Shown in pieces: positions 47,313-61,486 of a DNA stretch of 64,000 nt. Within the stretch, counting starts at the first letter, position 1; each line of letters begins with the position of its first letter. The notes below the pieces were generated by a model. The model did no database searches. It saw only the letters and a list, made by a program, of their open reading frames with translations, and was not told the DNA's origin. The translations under genes were made by a program, and so were the position numbers. Origin of the DNA: Octopus bimaculoides (lineage: Eukaryota); contig NC_068986.1 in assembly GCF_001194135.2 (NCBI RefSeq), forward strand, positions 90,119,638 through 90,183,637, read 5' to 3'.

Positions 47313-50269
47313 TATACAGTTTACTTGGTTTGTTTAAGACATTAACCTCTATACTTATCTTTACATAATCTCTATATTTAATGTTAATCATCTTAATCTG
47401 CTCTATTAAAATCCCCTAAATTAATTTTTCCTTCTTAAATTGCCTCAACTTCCTTCCTTTTTGCCTCCTACTCTTGCCCTTCCTCTTCTTTATCATCACC
47501 TCAACATCACCACAACACTACTCCATCAACTCCATCATATACACCATCAGCTATACATCATTGCTGCTGTTATCACATTCATTATCAATACCACCCTCTT
47601 CTACACCTCCTGTTATCTCATTTGTTATCATCATCACTAGCACCACTACACTTGCCATTCTCCACCTCACTCATTATCACTACCACCACCATGACCACTA
47701 CTACCACCACCAACACCACTACTACCACCTCCTCTCCTTCGCTATCACTACTGCTGTTACCACATTATCACCACCACCACCTTTACTGCTATTTTCACTA
47801 CCACCACGGTCACATACATCACCGCTATCTTGACTATTAACAAACATTACAAATGCTATCAAGATCACCACTGCAGACATCATCATCATCTGTGGGAGAG
47901 CCTATATGCATTGCCTAGGCTGTTTGAAACAGCTGCAAAATTTCTCTAAAATTAAAAAAAGAAGGGGAAGAACACATTAGATATTATTATCTCCCCATCA
48001 CAACAACCATTGCTATCTGAAAAAAAAAAAAAAGTGATATTGTTACTTCAGCTGTAGGTGAACAGACATGCCTACATTTTACTTGTCAACAACCCAAATG
48101 ACATCATTGCTATCTCTCTCAATTTTTCACTCTTAGAAAAGGACAAGGCCCAAAAAAGTTTGATTCTCCATGGCTTACAGCAACTGAACATATCAGATGT
48201 TGTTATGAATTAATTGTTCTCCTCATAGACGACCACTAGTTACCTTGGATTCCCAATTTAAGTCTTTGTTCTGTTGGATTTTACATGTTTATTCATCTAG
48301 CCCCTGGCAATATGGAAAAAGTGAATGTAAAACATTGGAAGAAGACTTAAGTAAATTACCAGCATCTCTGGGTTTGAGGATCACAGTGGCTATGAAGCTA
48401 AGGTCTTAAATTAGTGTTCAATGAAGTTAGCAGTTCAAATCTCACCACATCTGTTGTTTTATGTTTGGAAATACTATGTAAATCTGCTTTCCCCAGTTTG
48501 CCTCACAGGTGATTGCTTAACCTTGATTTGGATCTCCAGTTGTAATTATCACCATTTAACACCCCTTTTCCATACTGGCACTGGTTTGATGGTTTGATAG
48601 GTACTGACAAGCCAGAGTGCTGCACCAAGCTTCAGTGTCTGCTTTGGCAGGACTTCTACAGCTGGATTCCCTTCCTAACAGCAACCACTTCACAGCAGCA
48701 CTGATGATGTGACCAAATACTGAGTGGGTTATAGTATTGAGGGATATGAAAATATGACAAAGGGACAGGAGCAGGCTTGCTGATGAGGTGAATACATGAC
48801 TTCCCCATCTGGGGAGAGAGAGAGAGAGAGAGAGAGGTGGGGAGGGAGAGAATAGGGATAGAACAGAAAATGTAGGTGGGTAGGTATGTCTCCAACGATG
48901 TACAAATGTACATAATTTTGGAAAGAATAGATGCAAGCAAAATAAATACATGCATATATATAACACAGACAAGTTCTTGTGTTTTTAAAATTTTATTTTT
49001 TTGATTGGTGAAAAGTCAGTGGTTCATTTTGTTTCTGACATTGAGAGGGTCAAGAGAATGTTTGTAACTTGGTCTAAAGTAAATATCAGAAGGGACTTTG
49101 AGAAGAACTAGTTTTTCAGCTTTGTTGCTGATTTTTGTAATCTTTTAGTCAGGAAAGAAAGCAGTGCTCATAACCTTTTACAGGTCCTCTAAGACTGGTG
49201 GGATGGAGAAAATATCCTCAAACTGGATACCTGGCTCAAATGCTTGCAAGAGAATGGACTCCTCCACAAAAGGGATTTGAAGGTGTCAGGTGGTGGTGTT
49301 AAACTGAGCAATGGATTAAGTCTAATACTCTAGGAGGCCACGGTAGAATTTGAACCCAGAATGCAAAGTGCTAGAACAAATACCACAAGAAACCTGGTGC
49401 AACATTTTTTTTCAATTCTGCCAATCCATTGCCCTGAATTGGTACTTCTTGATTGACCTCTGAAAGGGTGAAAAGCAAAGTAGACCTTGGCAGGATTTGA
49501 GCTTAGAGCACAGAGAGTCAGAGTCAATACTGCAAATATTCTGTCTGACATGCTTATGGCTCTACTAGTTTGCTACTTTTATATCCTTTGCTGATGCACA
49601 TTGGACAAAGACACATGCACAAGCATGCTCACATGCAAACACACATGCATGTGATGGACTTTCAGTTAGTTTCCATCAACCAAAGTCCTCTTTTAAAGTG
49701 TTGGTCCACTGAGGCTTAGGTAGAAGACATTTGTCCAAGGTGACAGGCTGTGGGATCAAACCAAGAACCATGTGATTCTAAAATGAACACCTTAACCTCA
49801 TTGCTTTGTATACACTCATAGCTATGCTTGCATTCATAGCCATGCCTGCTCAAATGACCATGCTTGTGTTCATAGTCATGCTTGCATTCATTGCCATGCA
49901 GCATTCATTGTTATGCTTGTGTCCATATTCACTTGGATATACATACGCATACATCTTCTGCATGGTTTTGACTCAGTGTAACAAAGAATACACAAAGAAT
50001 ACAAACACATGGTATTGTTTTCGATTATGAAAACAAACGAATTAGCCACCAGATTATCAATTACCAATATTGATTATCTGTATTAATTGTAACACATTTT
50101 GTTTAATAATGAGTACATAAACAAAGGACTGCAAAGGAATTCACAGGAGAGACATTATACAATCTTTGAAATACATTAATAAATGAATCTTTACACTATC
50201 TGGTTGGAGACCTTGTTTTTTTAAATTTTATTTTTATTACTTTTCTCTTTCTTTCTTGTATTCAGCAGT

Positions 50270-50975
50270 TGGGAACAGGTTTAGAGAAATTCTGACTGGT
50301 GCATACAACTGTAGGGAGACTGATTTAGATACCTGTAGCATAGATGGCAACTGGAAATTTCTATGAAATATCCTGCTTAGGGCTATAGATCAGATATATG
50401 GTAGGGGCAAAGTTCCAGCTAAATTGAAGATACCATGGTGGTAGAATGACATGCTTGATAGGACAGTAAAGGCTGAGAGACAAGCTTGAAAAACCTAGAA
50501 AGAAGCAAGTAGTAGGGAACATTATCAAATTGAAGAACAACTAAGCAACAGGTATACTTGGCTGGGAGTGAGGCAGAAATGAAGAGATACTTGCCATTGA
50601 TATGGAAAACAAGAAAGTGGCATGGAAGTGCTATTGTGGGAGACTGCTGAGCTCTTGAAGAATAAGTGGGATATAGAAGGTTTGTCTCATACTGATCCAT
50701 ATGGAGAAACCAGCAATTCAAGTTGACAGCAGTGTGGGCGATAAAGTGTTTCAAGGCCATGGAGAGAGGGAAAGCTGTTTTCATGAAGGATAGTTGCAGG
50801 AATGCTCAAAATATCTGGTGAGGTAGGATGCATGATATACATCCTGATAGTTAATCAAGTTGTACAAGAAGGTGTCATACCCAATGACAAGTTTTAACAG
50901 TATCATTGTAAACTGTTACAAAAGCAAAAGAGATGCCTTAGAGAGATGGAACTATAGAGGAATCAAACTAATTTC
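50270..50975 (+). mobile_element. RTE LINE ORF2 internal fragment (linker to RT start), heavily degenerate
   Basis: QEGVIPND and SIIVNCYKSKRDALERWNYRGIKL motifs; multiple stops and frameshifts. Confidence 0.82.
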
Positions 50976-51331
50976 TTTTAACTCTTCACTTACCCGTGTT
51001 TAGTTATTCATTTATTCATTCATTTCTTTGTTTATTTAATGTCTATTACCATTTTTATAATATCATCATCATCAGCGTTTTAATGTTCTGTCTTTCCTTA
51101 CTTTGCAACGGTCAGATGATGACCTTGTTGAAGGAGATATTTCTACGGCAGGACACTCTGTTGCCATCCCTCATCTGTTTCCATCCCTCATCTGTTTCCA
51201 AGCAAAGTAATATTTTCTCCAGTCAAACGAACAATAAACAACCTGGAATGCTTTCATGGATGATTGCAAAGGATACTTTTTCTGTGCACTCAGGCACATA
51301 ATTAAGTGCACTCACATATATATACATTCAT

Positions 51332-51332
<1 letters not shown>

Positions 51333-51412
<80 letters not shown>
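51333..51412. repeat. (CT)n microsatellite; further long (CT)n at about 60555-60610, (GT)n 33760-33813, poly-T 30243-30281 and many (AT)n
   Basis: Direct reading. Confidence 0.95.
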
Positions 51413-51420
<8 letters not shown>

Positions 51421-52314
51421 TACACAGAGTGGGGCTCTTCTAGTTTCTGTCTACCATGTTTCATTTGTAAGGCATTGATCAACTCTTGACTATTGTGGAA
51501 CTCCTCAGCCAACAATCTCCATGCAGTGGGAATGAACCCTCACCTATGCTGTTCCAAAGTGAATCTCTTTAACCACATGGCTATGCCTGACCTATATAAT
51601 ATATAAACATAAAAAAATAAAGTAAAATTAAGTTGATTAGGCTTTTATATAAAGTGTTCAAATAGAATATTGTGTTTGCTTAATTAATTAAGATTGAAGT
51701 AGTGAGTGATAGTGAGAAATTACTGTAATTATTAATTCCTATGATTAGCTGCCAGAGCTTATCAGTCATCAAATTTGGTATTGAATGTTGTTTGGTGAGT
51801 TTGTTGAATTTTGTTTTAGTGTTGCTGTTAAGGAACATGTTGTTGTTGTTGTTGTTGTTGTCAGCTCTAGGTTAGCTCTGATTGGTCAGGTTTATGACCA
51901 AAGATGTACTAATTCTATCTTATTTCCAGACGTCTTGGACTTGATTCTCCAATGAATTCTATTTTGAAGACTGTAGCATATGATTTAAGGGTGATTTTGA
52001 CACTGTTTTTTAGCAGGTTGAGCAGCTATATTGAGGTTTCCTGTGCTAGCTTGTGTTAAACAAGTAACAGAGGTTTGCAAGGCATTGAAATTGATTACCC
52101 ATTGGCCTTGACCATCCTGTCTGTCTTGTTGTTTTTTCGTGTAGATATTTTAGGAAGTGACCTATATTATGCAACTTGTCTTTATTCATTATTGGAAGGT
52201 ATGATCTGAATATCAGGCATATCCTGATTTTTAAAATAAGTATACTATTTTTACATGTTGCAATGAAAAGAATTGGTGTTGGGAAGGACACTCATTCATA
52301 AAACACTTCCTTAA

Positions 52315-52534
52315 CCCTTTCGTTACCAACCCGGCTGAAACCGGCTCTGGCTCTGAGTACAAATGTCTTGTTTTTATAAGTTGTGAATTAAAATCTTTCA
52401 CCAAACCTTAGTCACAATTTATGTTCCTAACACTAGCTAAATGATAACTAAGTTATTTTACTAAATTCTTTGTTATATTTAAAGTAATTCAAAGAAACAC
52501 AGAGCATCTCAAAATAAATACGGTAACAAAAGGG
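52315..52534. mobile_element. piggyBac-type MITE
   Basis: TIR CCCTTTCGTTACC / GGTAACAAAAGGG with TTAA TSDs (52311-52314, 52535-52538). Confidence 0.9.
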
Positions 52535-52924
52535 TTAAAATGTCCTGTCCAGCCCGTATCTGCGCGGAAAGCAAATTTAAAAACATTGACGATGATAGTA
52601 GGATGTAATTTGTGTAAGAGTTGGGTTCTATTCCTATCAGATTGAGTGATTATATAGAGGATCACTGATTATCTTGTGTAACAGAAGTTATACAGTTTAG
52701 CATGAAATTGTTGCATTTTGGAACAGAAGAACAAGCAGTAAACAAATTTAATTTTGTACAGGTGTAAGCATGGGTGTGTTGATACAGAGTTTGTTTTGTT
52801 ACTATGTGGTCTGGAGATCTAGCTCACTGTATGGCACCTTGAACCAGTGTTTTCTACTGTGATCTTGGATCTTGTAACATTAGTAGATGGAAACTGTATG
52901 GATGCCTATTGTGTGTGTGTATAC

Positions 52925-52987
<63 letters not shown>

Positions 52988-53414
52988 NNNNNNNNNNNNN
53001 NNNNNNNNNNNNNNNNNNNNNNNNNNNNNNNNNNNNNNNNNNNNNNNNNNNNNNNNNNNNNNNNNNNNNNNNNNNNNNNNNNNNNNNNNNNNNNNNNNNN
53101 NNNNNNNNNNNNNNNNNNNNNNNNNNNNNNNNNNNNNNNNNNNNNNNNNNNNNNNNNNNNNNNNNNNNNNNNNNNNNNNNNNNNNNNNNNNNNNNNNNNN
53201 NNNNNNNNNNNNNNNNNNNNNNNNNNNNNNNNNNNNNNNNNNNNNNNNNNNNNNNNNNNNNNNNNNNNNNNNNNNNNNNNNNNNNNNNNNNNNNNNNNNN
53301 NNNNNNNNNNNNNNNNNNNNNNNNNNNATATATATATATATATACAACAGGCTTCTTTCAGTTTCTGTCTACCAAATCCACTCACAAGGCTTTGGTCGGC
53401 CTGAGGCTACACTG

Positions 53415-54184
53415 AGAGTGTAATGGGTGCTTTTACATGCTTCCGGTACAGGTGCCATTTGTGTGACACCACGTCTGTGATTTTGCTCAGCTTGATGGGT
53501 CTTCTTCTCAAGTACGACATAATGCCAAAGATCATGGTCATTGCCTCTGTGAAACCCAACACTCAAAAGGAGCTCAGCCACTTTGCCCCCATAATGCCCA
53601 ACACTTGAAAAGAACTCAGCCATCTTGCTTCCGTGAGGCCCGCTCAAAAGGAACTCAGCCATCTTACCTCTGTGAGGCCCAACACTCTAAAGGAATTCAG
53701 CTACTTTGCCTCCATGAGGCCCAATGCTTGAAAGGAACTCAGCCACTTTGCCTCCGTCAGGCCCAATGTTCAAAAGTTGATTTGTTTTTTTATATGTTAC
53801 TAGCATGGGTGTACTTAGCTTGACGGGTCCTCTTCAGCACAGCACATCGCCAAAGGTCTCGGTCACTAGACATTGCCTCTGTGAAGTTCAAAGTTTGAAG
53901 GTCATGCTTCACCACCTCGTTCGATGTCTTCATGGGTCTACCTCTACCACAGGTTCCCTCCACAGTTAGAGATCAGCACTTCCTTACACAGCTGTCCTTG
54001 TCCATATGCATCACATGACCATACCAGTGCAATTGTCTCTTTTGCACACCACATCTGATGCCTCTTATTTCCAACTTTTCTCTCAAGATGCTTACACTCT
54101 GTCAAACATGCACACTGACATTGCACATCCAGCGAAGCATGCTGACATCATTTCTCTCAAGCCTATGCATGTCTTCGACTGTTA
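53415..54184 (-). mobile_element. 5'-truncated RTE LINE (ORF2 C-terminus + 3'UTR with ~44-bp tandem units at 53560-53770)
   Basis: TVEDMHRLERNDVSMLRWMCNVSV...IRCGVQKRQLHWYGHVMHMDKDSCVRKC*SLTVEGTCGRGRP. Confidence 0.88.
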
Positions 54185-54186
54185 CA

Positions 54187-54219
<33 letters not shown>

Positions 54220-55050
54220 GAAAACGCATTGAGCAAAAACAGTAATGCTTGTTGACAAATCCTGCTAATCACCTTGTAAGCTCTATTATGTTCAAAGATG
54301 AGTGGAATGAAGTACCAATTGCTTGAAAAACAGTTAAGTATTGGCAACAGGAAGGGCACCTGGCTCTTAATTTGCATTTTTCTGATTTAAAATAGCATGA
54401 AAAAGGGGATGTAAAATGAGCAAATTCTATTTGTTTTTTTAATTGACAAAGAGTTCCACATGAAACTGAAGTGATTATGGTAGTGATGATATTAATAACG
54501 ACAGGTAGATATTCACACTTGCATGTGCCAGGCACCCATGGTGAACCCATATTTAATAAACACCATTTGCATTTGTTTGTTTATTTGCATTCACCCCNNN
54601 NNNNNNNNNNNNNNNNNNNNNNNNNNNNNNNNNNNNNNNNNNNNNNNNNNNNNNNNNNNNNNNNNNNNNNNNNNNNNTCCACTGCCTGCATGGCTTAGAC
54701 GGAGAATTATCTGAGATAGAATTTAACACTCTAAAGTGGTTTGCATTAAGAAGGGCATCCATCTGTAAAAATCATGCCAAAGCTGACAATGGAACTTGAC
54801 ACCGCCCTTGGGGCTCACCAAATCCTTTCAAACTATCCAACCTATGCCAACATGGAAAGTGAATGTTAAATGATAATAATAATGATGATGCTCTTCTTGT
54901 TGCCAACCTTTGCCCATTTTTCAAGTAAGATATTATTTATTCCAGAGGTCTTTGAAAGTTCATATCGACTACTTGTAAATTCAACAAGGACTGTTGGTGT
55001 CGTCACCATTTTACTCAAATGGTTGTAAGCATGGAATGTCTACATTTGTC

Positions 55051-55282
55051 ATTTCTTTATTGTCCACAAGGGGCTAAACATAGAGGAGACAAACAAGGAC
55101 AGACAAAGGGATTAAGTCGATTATATCGACCCCAGTGCGTAACTGATACTTAATTTATCGACCCCGAAAGGATGAAAGGCAAAATCGACCTTGGTGGAAT
55201 TTGAACTCGGAACGTAACAGCAGACGAAATACTGCTAAGCATTTCGCCCTGCGTGCTAACGTTTCTGCCAGCTTGCTGCCTT
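55051..55282 (-). mobile_element. SINE family C, near full length
   Basis: Matches the 20866 copy, with the longer tail retained. Confidence 0.85.
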
Positions 55283-56629
55283 CAAATGTCAACACTTGTG
55301 TGTGTGTGTGTGTGTGCATATGTACGCGCATGTACACACACACGCACACACACAGGCTTCCTGCAGTTTCTGTCTGCCAAATTCATTCACAAGCTTAGGT
55401 GTTGTGGGACAAAATCCCAAAACCATATGGTTGAGAAGTGAACTCCTTAACTACAGAGCCATGCCTGTGCTTTTATCATCATTATATATATATTATTATA
55501 TTATATTGGCAAATATTCACAGTTACAGTCATTGATTCCAGAGATGAAGAGAACTACTGCACATATTTAATAAATATCTTTTTATTATCGTTACCCACCC
55601 ATGCATTCCCCTCACACACACACACACACACCTTGGTATTTATATTTATTCAGAAAAAACTGATTGATACAGAATACATAATTGCTTCATTAACCAGTGC
55701 TCCATTGATGATGATACATCATCAACACATTCATCTTCTTTTATGAATACGCTTGTAATTAAAACATTATTCCTATGAAGTATCTTAGAGGATTGGTATA
55801 CACTGTGCTATTGAAGTTGTTATAGAAATAACTTAGTGGTCTCAATGGCTATGCGTTTGATGTTGGAATGATAACTAAAGAATTTACCATTTCAGTTCTC
55901 AATATATTCTTTGTGGGTTTGACAGCTCAATTGTAATAGTTGTAATGAGAAATGTTAACTGTTTTACATGAATAAATTGCTATTACTTCTAGTTATTTCC
56001 TCTTATACAGGAGCTTAAGAAGTCTGGGAGTTTAATGAGAAAGCTTATAGTTGTACTATCTTATACAAGGGCTTTGACTGGCAAGTTGCATTTGAACCTT
56101 TAGTGTGGCAGATGTAATGTTGTGATTGCATAAACACATAATGTGATAGTACATAGTCTTAGGTATTGGGCTCATGATCATAGTGTTGTTGGTTCAGTCC
56201 CTGGGATCAAGTGGCACATTGTGCCCTTGAGCAAGGGACTTCATTTCACATTGCTCTAGTTCACTCAGTTGAAAATGAGTATGACAACAGTTAGGAGTTA
56301 ACCTTGACCTCAGCTTGATTCTTGATGATGATTTAAATATGATTGTTTCACAACATAATCTTTAAATCTGGTTCTTTAACTTTAACAATTTGGTTTCTCT
56401 CTCTCTCTATCATTTGTTCATACTTTTTCTGAGTCAAGGTTTGATCATACTTGGTGATTTCTGAATTCTCCACCAATGAAAATAGATACATCATTTCTGA
56501 AATTATTATTTTAGTGGTACAGCTTGATTTGTGATAAGTTGTACTGCTAGAAAAATGCTGCTCTACAGTGTACATTTACAGTAATTACACCTGCACTAGA
56601 TTTTGAACAGTTCAGTTTCTGATTGTCAT

Positions 56630-56850
56630 TGGATAGCTTATTCTTAAGCTTTATATATTAGCTTATTCATAGCTATATAGAAAAGTCCCAGACAGAATCC
56701 AAACAAGTAAGCTTTAAATATTAGCTTCTTCATTCATAGCCATGTACATGGTCCCAGATAGAATTCAAACAAGTAAGCTATATACGTATATAAACTTGTA
56801 CTTAGCTATGTACTTGGTCCTAGATGGAATTGAAACTTGTAAGCTTTATG
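56630..56850. repeat. Degenerate ~65-70-bp minisatellite x3
   Basis: Recurrent TAGC(T/C)AT..GTCC(C/T)AGA.(A/G)GAAT..AAAC..GTAAGCT units. Confidence 0.75.
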
Positions 56851-57948
56851 TATGAAGTAAAGGTGATAAAGGTTTCAATGATTGAGCATTTGAACTATCT
56901 GATCATTGGATTAATTAATGTGTAGTGGTTTGATTATTCCATATACAGACATGCGTATTCTTAATGTAATTCTTAGGTAAAACCAGCATGACACAGTGTA
57001 ACAAGGCTGCACCTTTAAATTACTACTAGTACAATCTTTCCAACATGTTTCCACACAGTTTTAGTTTACTCAATTTCACTCGCAAGGAATGAGCTGACTT
57101 GCAGTTACAGTAAAAGGGATTTGTGATGGTGATGCAAAGTTCTTAACCATTCAGCCTTGCTAAGAGTATAAGAGTAATGATAAGCATAAGTAGTTATCCA
57201 TTTGTAGAAACTCTAAACCTTGTACAGAAATTATAATCTGAATAACAATAACTCACCTCTGATATTAAGGCATTTAATAAATGTAATGAATTTTTTGTGC
57301 AGTACATGGACTTCATTTGATGTGTATTCTTAATGCTAGCTGTTCTTTCTAACATACTAAAATCATGGCTGTTCTTCGTCAATCTGCCAGAGATGTCACT
57401 GTGTCTTTTGTGAGTACACAACATTGATTGTTTTCCCATGCTATTCCTACATTCTGAGCAAGGACACTTCTCAGATGGGGTTGGGATTTTTGTGCTATAC
57501 TTAGGTTGAGTGAGTTAATTGTAGCCCCTGCCCCTTATCAAAATAAAGGTTCTTGTGCTTGCCAAATAAATCAATGTCAAGCTTAGTGAAAATACTTTGC
57601 TTTTTTTTTTTTAAATGAGGAGAGTTCTCACAATTCGGGCTAAAGGTCAGATGAGTGTGTTTTTAATTATCATTTAATTCCTTCTGAACTGTGAACCCTT
57701 GGAAAGACTACTCTCTGTACATGTGCACACACCCAAATACTCACCCACCTGTGCATACATTCACACACACAGCACAATACATACACATACATTTGCTTCA
57801 CAATACACATATATAGACAGGCATGAGAGAGAGAGAGAACCGAGAGAGAGAGAGTTTTGATATTTGTTTAGAAAAATATGCTTATACAGGCATGGATGTG
57901 ATTTGTAAAATATCTTGTGGCTGAATACAAAAATATGTGTATATATGA

Positions 57949-57982
<34 letters not shown>

Positions 57983-58809
57983 TCTTAATATGTTTATACC
58001 TATACTATAGACATGTACACAAATAATATATATGTATATACTTCTATGTATAAAATCATACAGCACTTATAGGTATTTCCAGTATTGTTTAAAGTTTGTT
58101 CTCCATGCTGGCATGGATTAAATAGTTTGACAGGATCCAGTTGGAGGATCATGTCATGCTCCAAGGCATTGATGTGGCATGGTTTCTTTAGCTAGATGTC
58201 CTTCCTTATGCCAACCATTTTATAGTGTACTGGGTGCTTTTTTTTCTATGGCACCAGTACTAGTGAGGTTACCTTGCAACTTGTAAGACCAAAGGGACAC
58301 TTACACCTGAAAGAGAACAGGAGAGAGAGATGGTTTTAGGCAAGGTGATGAGAAAGGGTGAAGTATGAAAGCAGCACACTTATAGTTGTGAGCAGGTAAC
58401 AAAGAGAGTAACAGTATGTAACTATAGGGAAAATGAAAGGAACAGGAGAAAGGAAATATATTAGTGTTAGTGGTTAGTGAGAAAGGGAAGGACAGCATGG
58501 TGAGGATGATGTGATGGGTTGTGTAAGAGGAGACCCAGGATCCCAGCATTATAAGGGCAAGGATGGAGGAAAGGAATGAGAAAAAGCAGATGAGGGTAGG
58601 CACCATACCGAAACAGATACTAGAGCACAATGCAGTCCTTAGGTTCACTGGATCCTGTCAAACGCATGCCAGTGTGGAACATGGACATAAACGATGATGA
58701 GCTATACATATAGTATCATCATCATCATCATCATCACCATCATTCTACCTTTTCTTTTTGATATGACATACGACTTCTCATCATCACTGTTATATTCTCT
58801 TTACTCTCT

Positions 58810-59024
58810 CTTTTTACTCTTTTACTTGTTTCAGTCATTTGACTGTGGCCATGCTGGAGCACCGCCTTTAGTCGAGCAAATCGACCCCAGGACTTATTCT
58901 TTGTAAGCCTAGTACTTATTCTATCGGTCTCTTTTGCCAAGCTGCTAAGTTACGGGGACGTAAACACACCAGCATCGGTTGTCAAGCGATGTTGGGGGGG
59001 ACACACACAGACACACAAACACAT

Positions 59025-59069
<45 letters not shown>

Positions 59070-59182
59070 CGACGGGCTTCTTTCAGTTTCCATCTACCAA
59101 ATCCACTCACAAGGCTTTGGTCGGCCCAAGGCTATAGTAGAAGACACTTGCCCAAGGTACCACACAGCCACTCCTACGCCTA
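58810..59182 (-). mobile_element. SINE family A with an internal ~50-bp deletion removing the B box
   Basis: Otherwise near-consensus; CCCAAGGTAC joins directly to CACACAGCC. Confidence 0.88.
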
Positions 59183-60524
59183 CATCTGAACTGTTACAAT
59201 ATCAAATGTTCCTGATGTTCTCTTATTACTCTCCAATTGTGTATCTTCAACAAGCTCTCATTGATATCTCTTTTCAATAATTCCTATGACCTGTACACTA
59301 TGACTGCACATATGACACTCTTCTCAGACTGTTCTGTGCATGCTCATTTATACTAACTAGTATAGTTCACTTAGCCAATCATGGGCATGTACAGATTCCC
59401 CATACAACACTTTTCTTGCTGGCATGGGCTGGATGGGTCACCATAGTTCAAGTCAGCTCTTATTTGGAACTGCTGCTCTTCTAGGCAGGTTAGAGGATTT
59501 ATGTATTACTTGTATGCTTCATTTGTTTTTTTGTTTGATTTCTATGGCTAAATGCTTTTCCTTGGATCAAACACTTAACAGAGGTTGTACTGTATGCACT
59601 TTCGTCACGGTACCAACTTGATAGAGTAAGTACTAAGACATGGCAGCTTCTCTAGTGCTGGTGCTATGATAAAATGCACTTGGTACATTCTGTTTTGTGT
59701 GGGAGTTGAGATGACCCCTTGAGCATAAAAAAGATGGACTTAAAACGATGACGATTGTAAGCACGTCTATAATATCTATATATACAGACATTACATATAT
59801 AAATATAAAGAAGGAGAGAGAAGTGAAAGGAAAAAGAGAAGGAAGAAGCTGAAGGAAGTAAAGAAAGAAGCTAAGAAAGATACACATGCACGCGTGTACA
59901 CACACGTACATATATATATGTGTATATATACACATGTATGTGTATGTTTATGTCTGTTTGTATCTTTCTTAGTTTCTTTCCTTCCTTCTTTTAGCTTCTT
60001 CCTTTCTCTTTTTCCTTCAGCTTTTTTAATTCTTTCTTTTTTGTTTCTATATATGAGACAGATGCCCATAAATAATTAATTAGATAATTTTTTCCGTCTT
60101 TGAATATATTAGTGTATGTGTGTGTGTGTATTTGTGTATGTATGTATTGTGTGAACAAGAGGGTGTGCATGTATTTATGTATGTGTTGTGTATATAGTTA
60201 TAGTTATATGTACATACACCTCATTCTGTTTCTTGTATTAAAAAATATCCTTAATCCATTCAACATGTAGTTCAAATCCCAGCTAATCCTTAAAGTGTTC
60301 TTTCTGAATTAGCTTCTTTGTGCCAGATTTTCCACACAAAAAAGTAACATAGCAAGAATGGTGAATAACGACAGATTTTTCTCTGTAACTGCAGGTAGCT
60401 TTCTTTGGCAGAACTGTTTCAGAGTTGGTAATTCAACTCTTGTAATCTTCATTTTATATCTTCTATATATCGCTTTTGATTATTCAGCCATTTATTTAAT
60501 CAGAAGATTAAATGTTACTTCTCC

Positions 60525-60614
<90 letters not shown>

Positions 60615-61267
60615 CCTCACCTCTTAACCATCATCATGTCAGTCTGTCATTCTGTAGTTCTTTTATTCAATCATTCTTTTACAAAGTCATTCCAGTCAGT
60701 TTTGTGTTAATATTCTGTCTTTCAAGTTTTCCTTGAGTAATTCAGTCATTCTTTTATTCAATCGTTTGTTCATAGAGTTATCTCAGTAGTTGCTGTACGG
60801 TGTTTTTGTGTGTTAGTTTTCAGTAATTCACCAATTCTTTTATTCAGTCATTCATTCACATAGCTATTTCAATAGTTGCTGTGTCAGCTTTTTCTATGTT
60901 AATATTCTGTCATGTGAAGGCATGTGGTCTCATGGTTAGAGTGTTAGGCTTACAATCAAATTTTACACTGAGTGGTGCATTTTGTCCTCGGGCAAGGCAC
61001 TTCATTCCACATCACTCCATTTGACTCAGCTGAAAATGTTGAGAAAGGTGAATGGGTATCTATGTTTGATCAAGATTACATTGGCTTCTAAAACAGTTAG
61101 TGAAAGCCTGGTACATGCCACCAAGTCATAAATGTTTGTTAGTGATAGCTGAGTGTTATCCTGTCATTCAGTTTTCATTCAACTGTTCTTTTATTCTTAC
61201 ATTCAGTCATTCTTTCACATTGTTATACCAGTAGTCAACATTTTGTGTTTTAATATTTAATTAACAT

Positions 61268-61486
61268 AAGGCGGAGAGCTGGCAGAAACGGTAACATGCC
61301 GAGCGAAATGCTTAGCAGTATTTTGTCTGTCTTTACATTCTGAGTTCAAATTCCGCCAAGGTCGACTTTGCCTTTCATCCTTTTAGGGTCGATAAATTAA
61401 GTACCAGTTGCGAAGTGTATTGGGGTTGATCAAATTGACTGGCCCCCTTCCCCAAAATTTTGAGCCTTGTGCCTAGAGTAGAAAAG
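61268..61486 (+). mobile_element. SINE family C with 16-bp TSD
   Basis: AATATTTAATTAACAT at 61252-61267 and 61487-61502. Confidence 0.9.

Noticed and set aside
47440-47900. His/Thr-rich ORFs (HHHHDHYYHH, TTTTT)
   Set aside because: Degenerate CAC/CAT/TAC trinucleotide low-complexity tract with no splice or codon evidence.
56348-56575. Minus-strand ORF faintly reminiscent of a GIY-YIG endonuclease remnant
   Set aside because: Catalytic motifs are not recognisable; too weak to call without a profile search.
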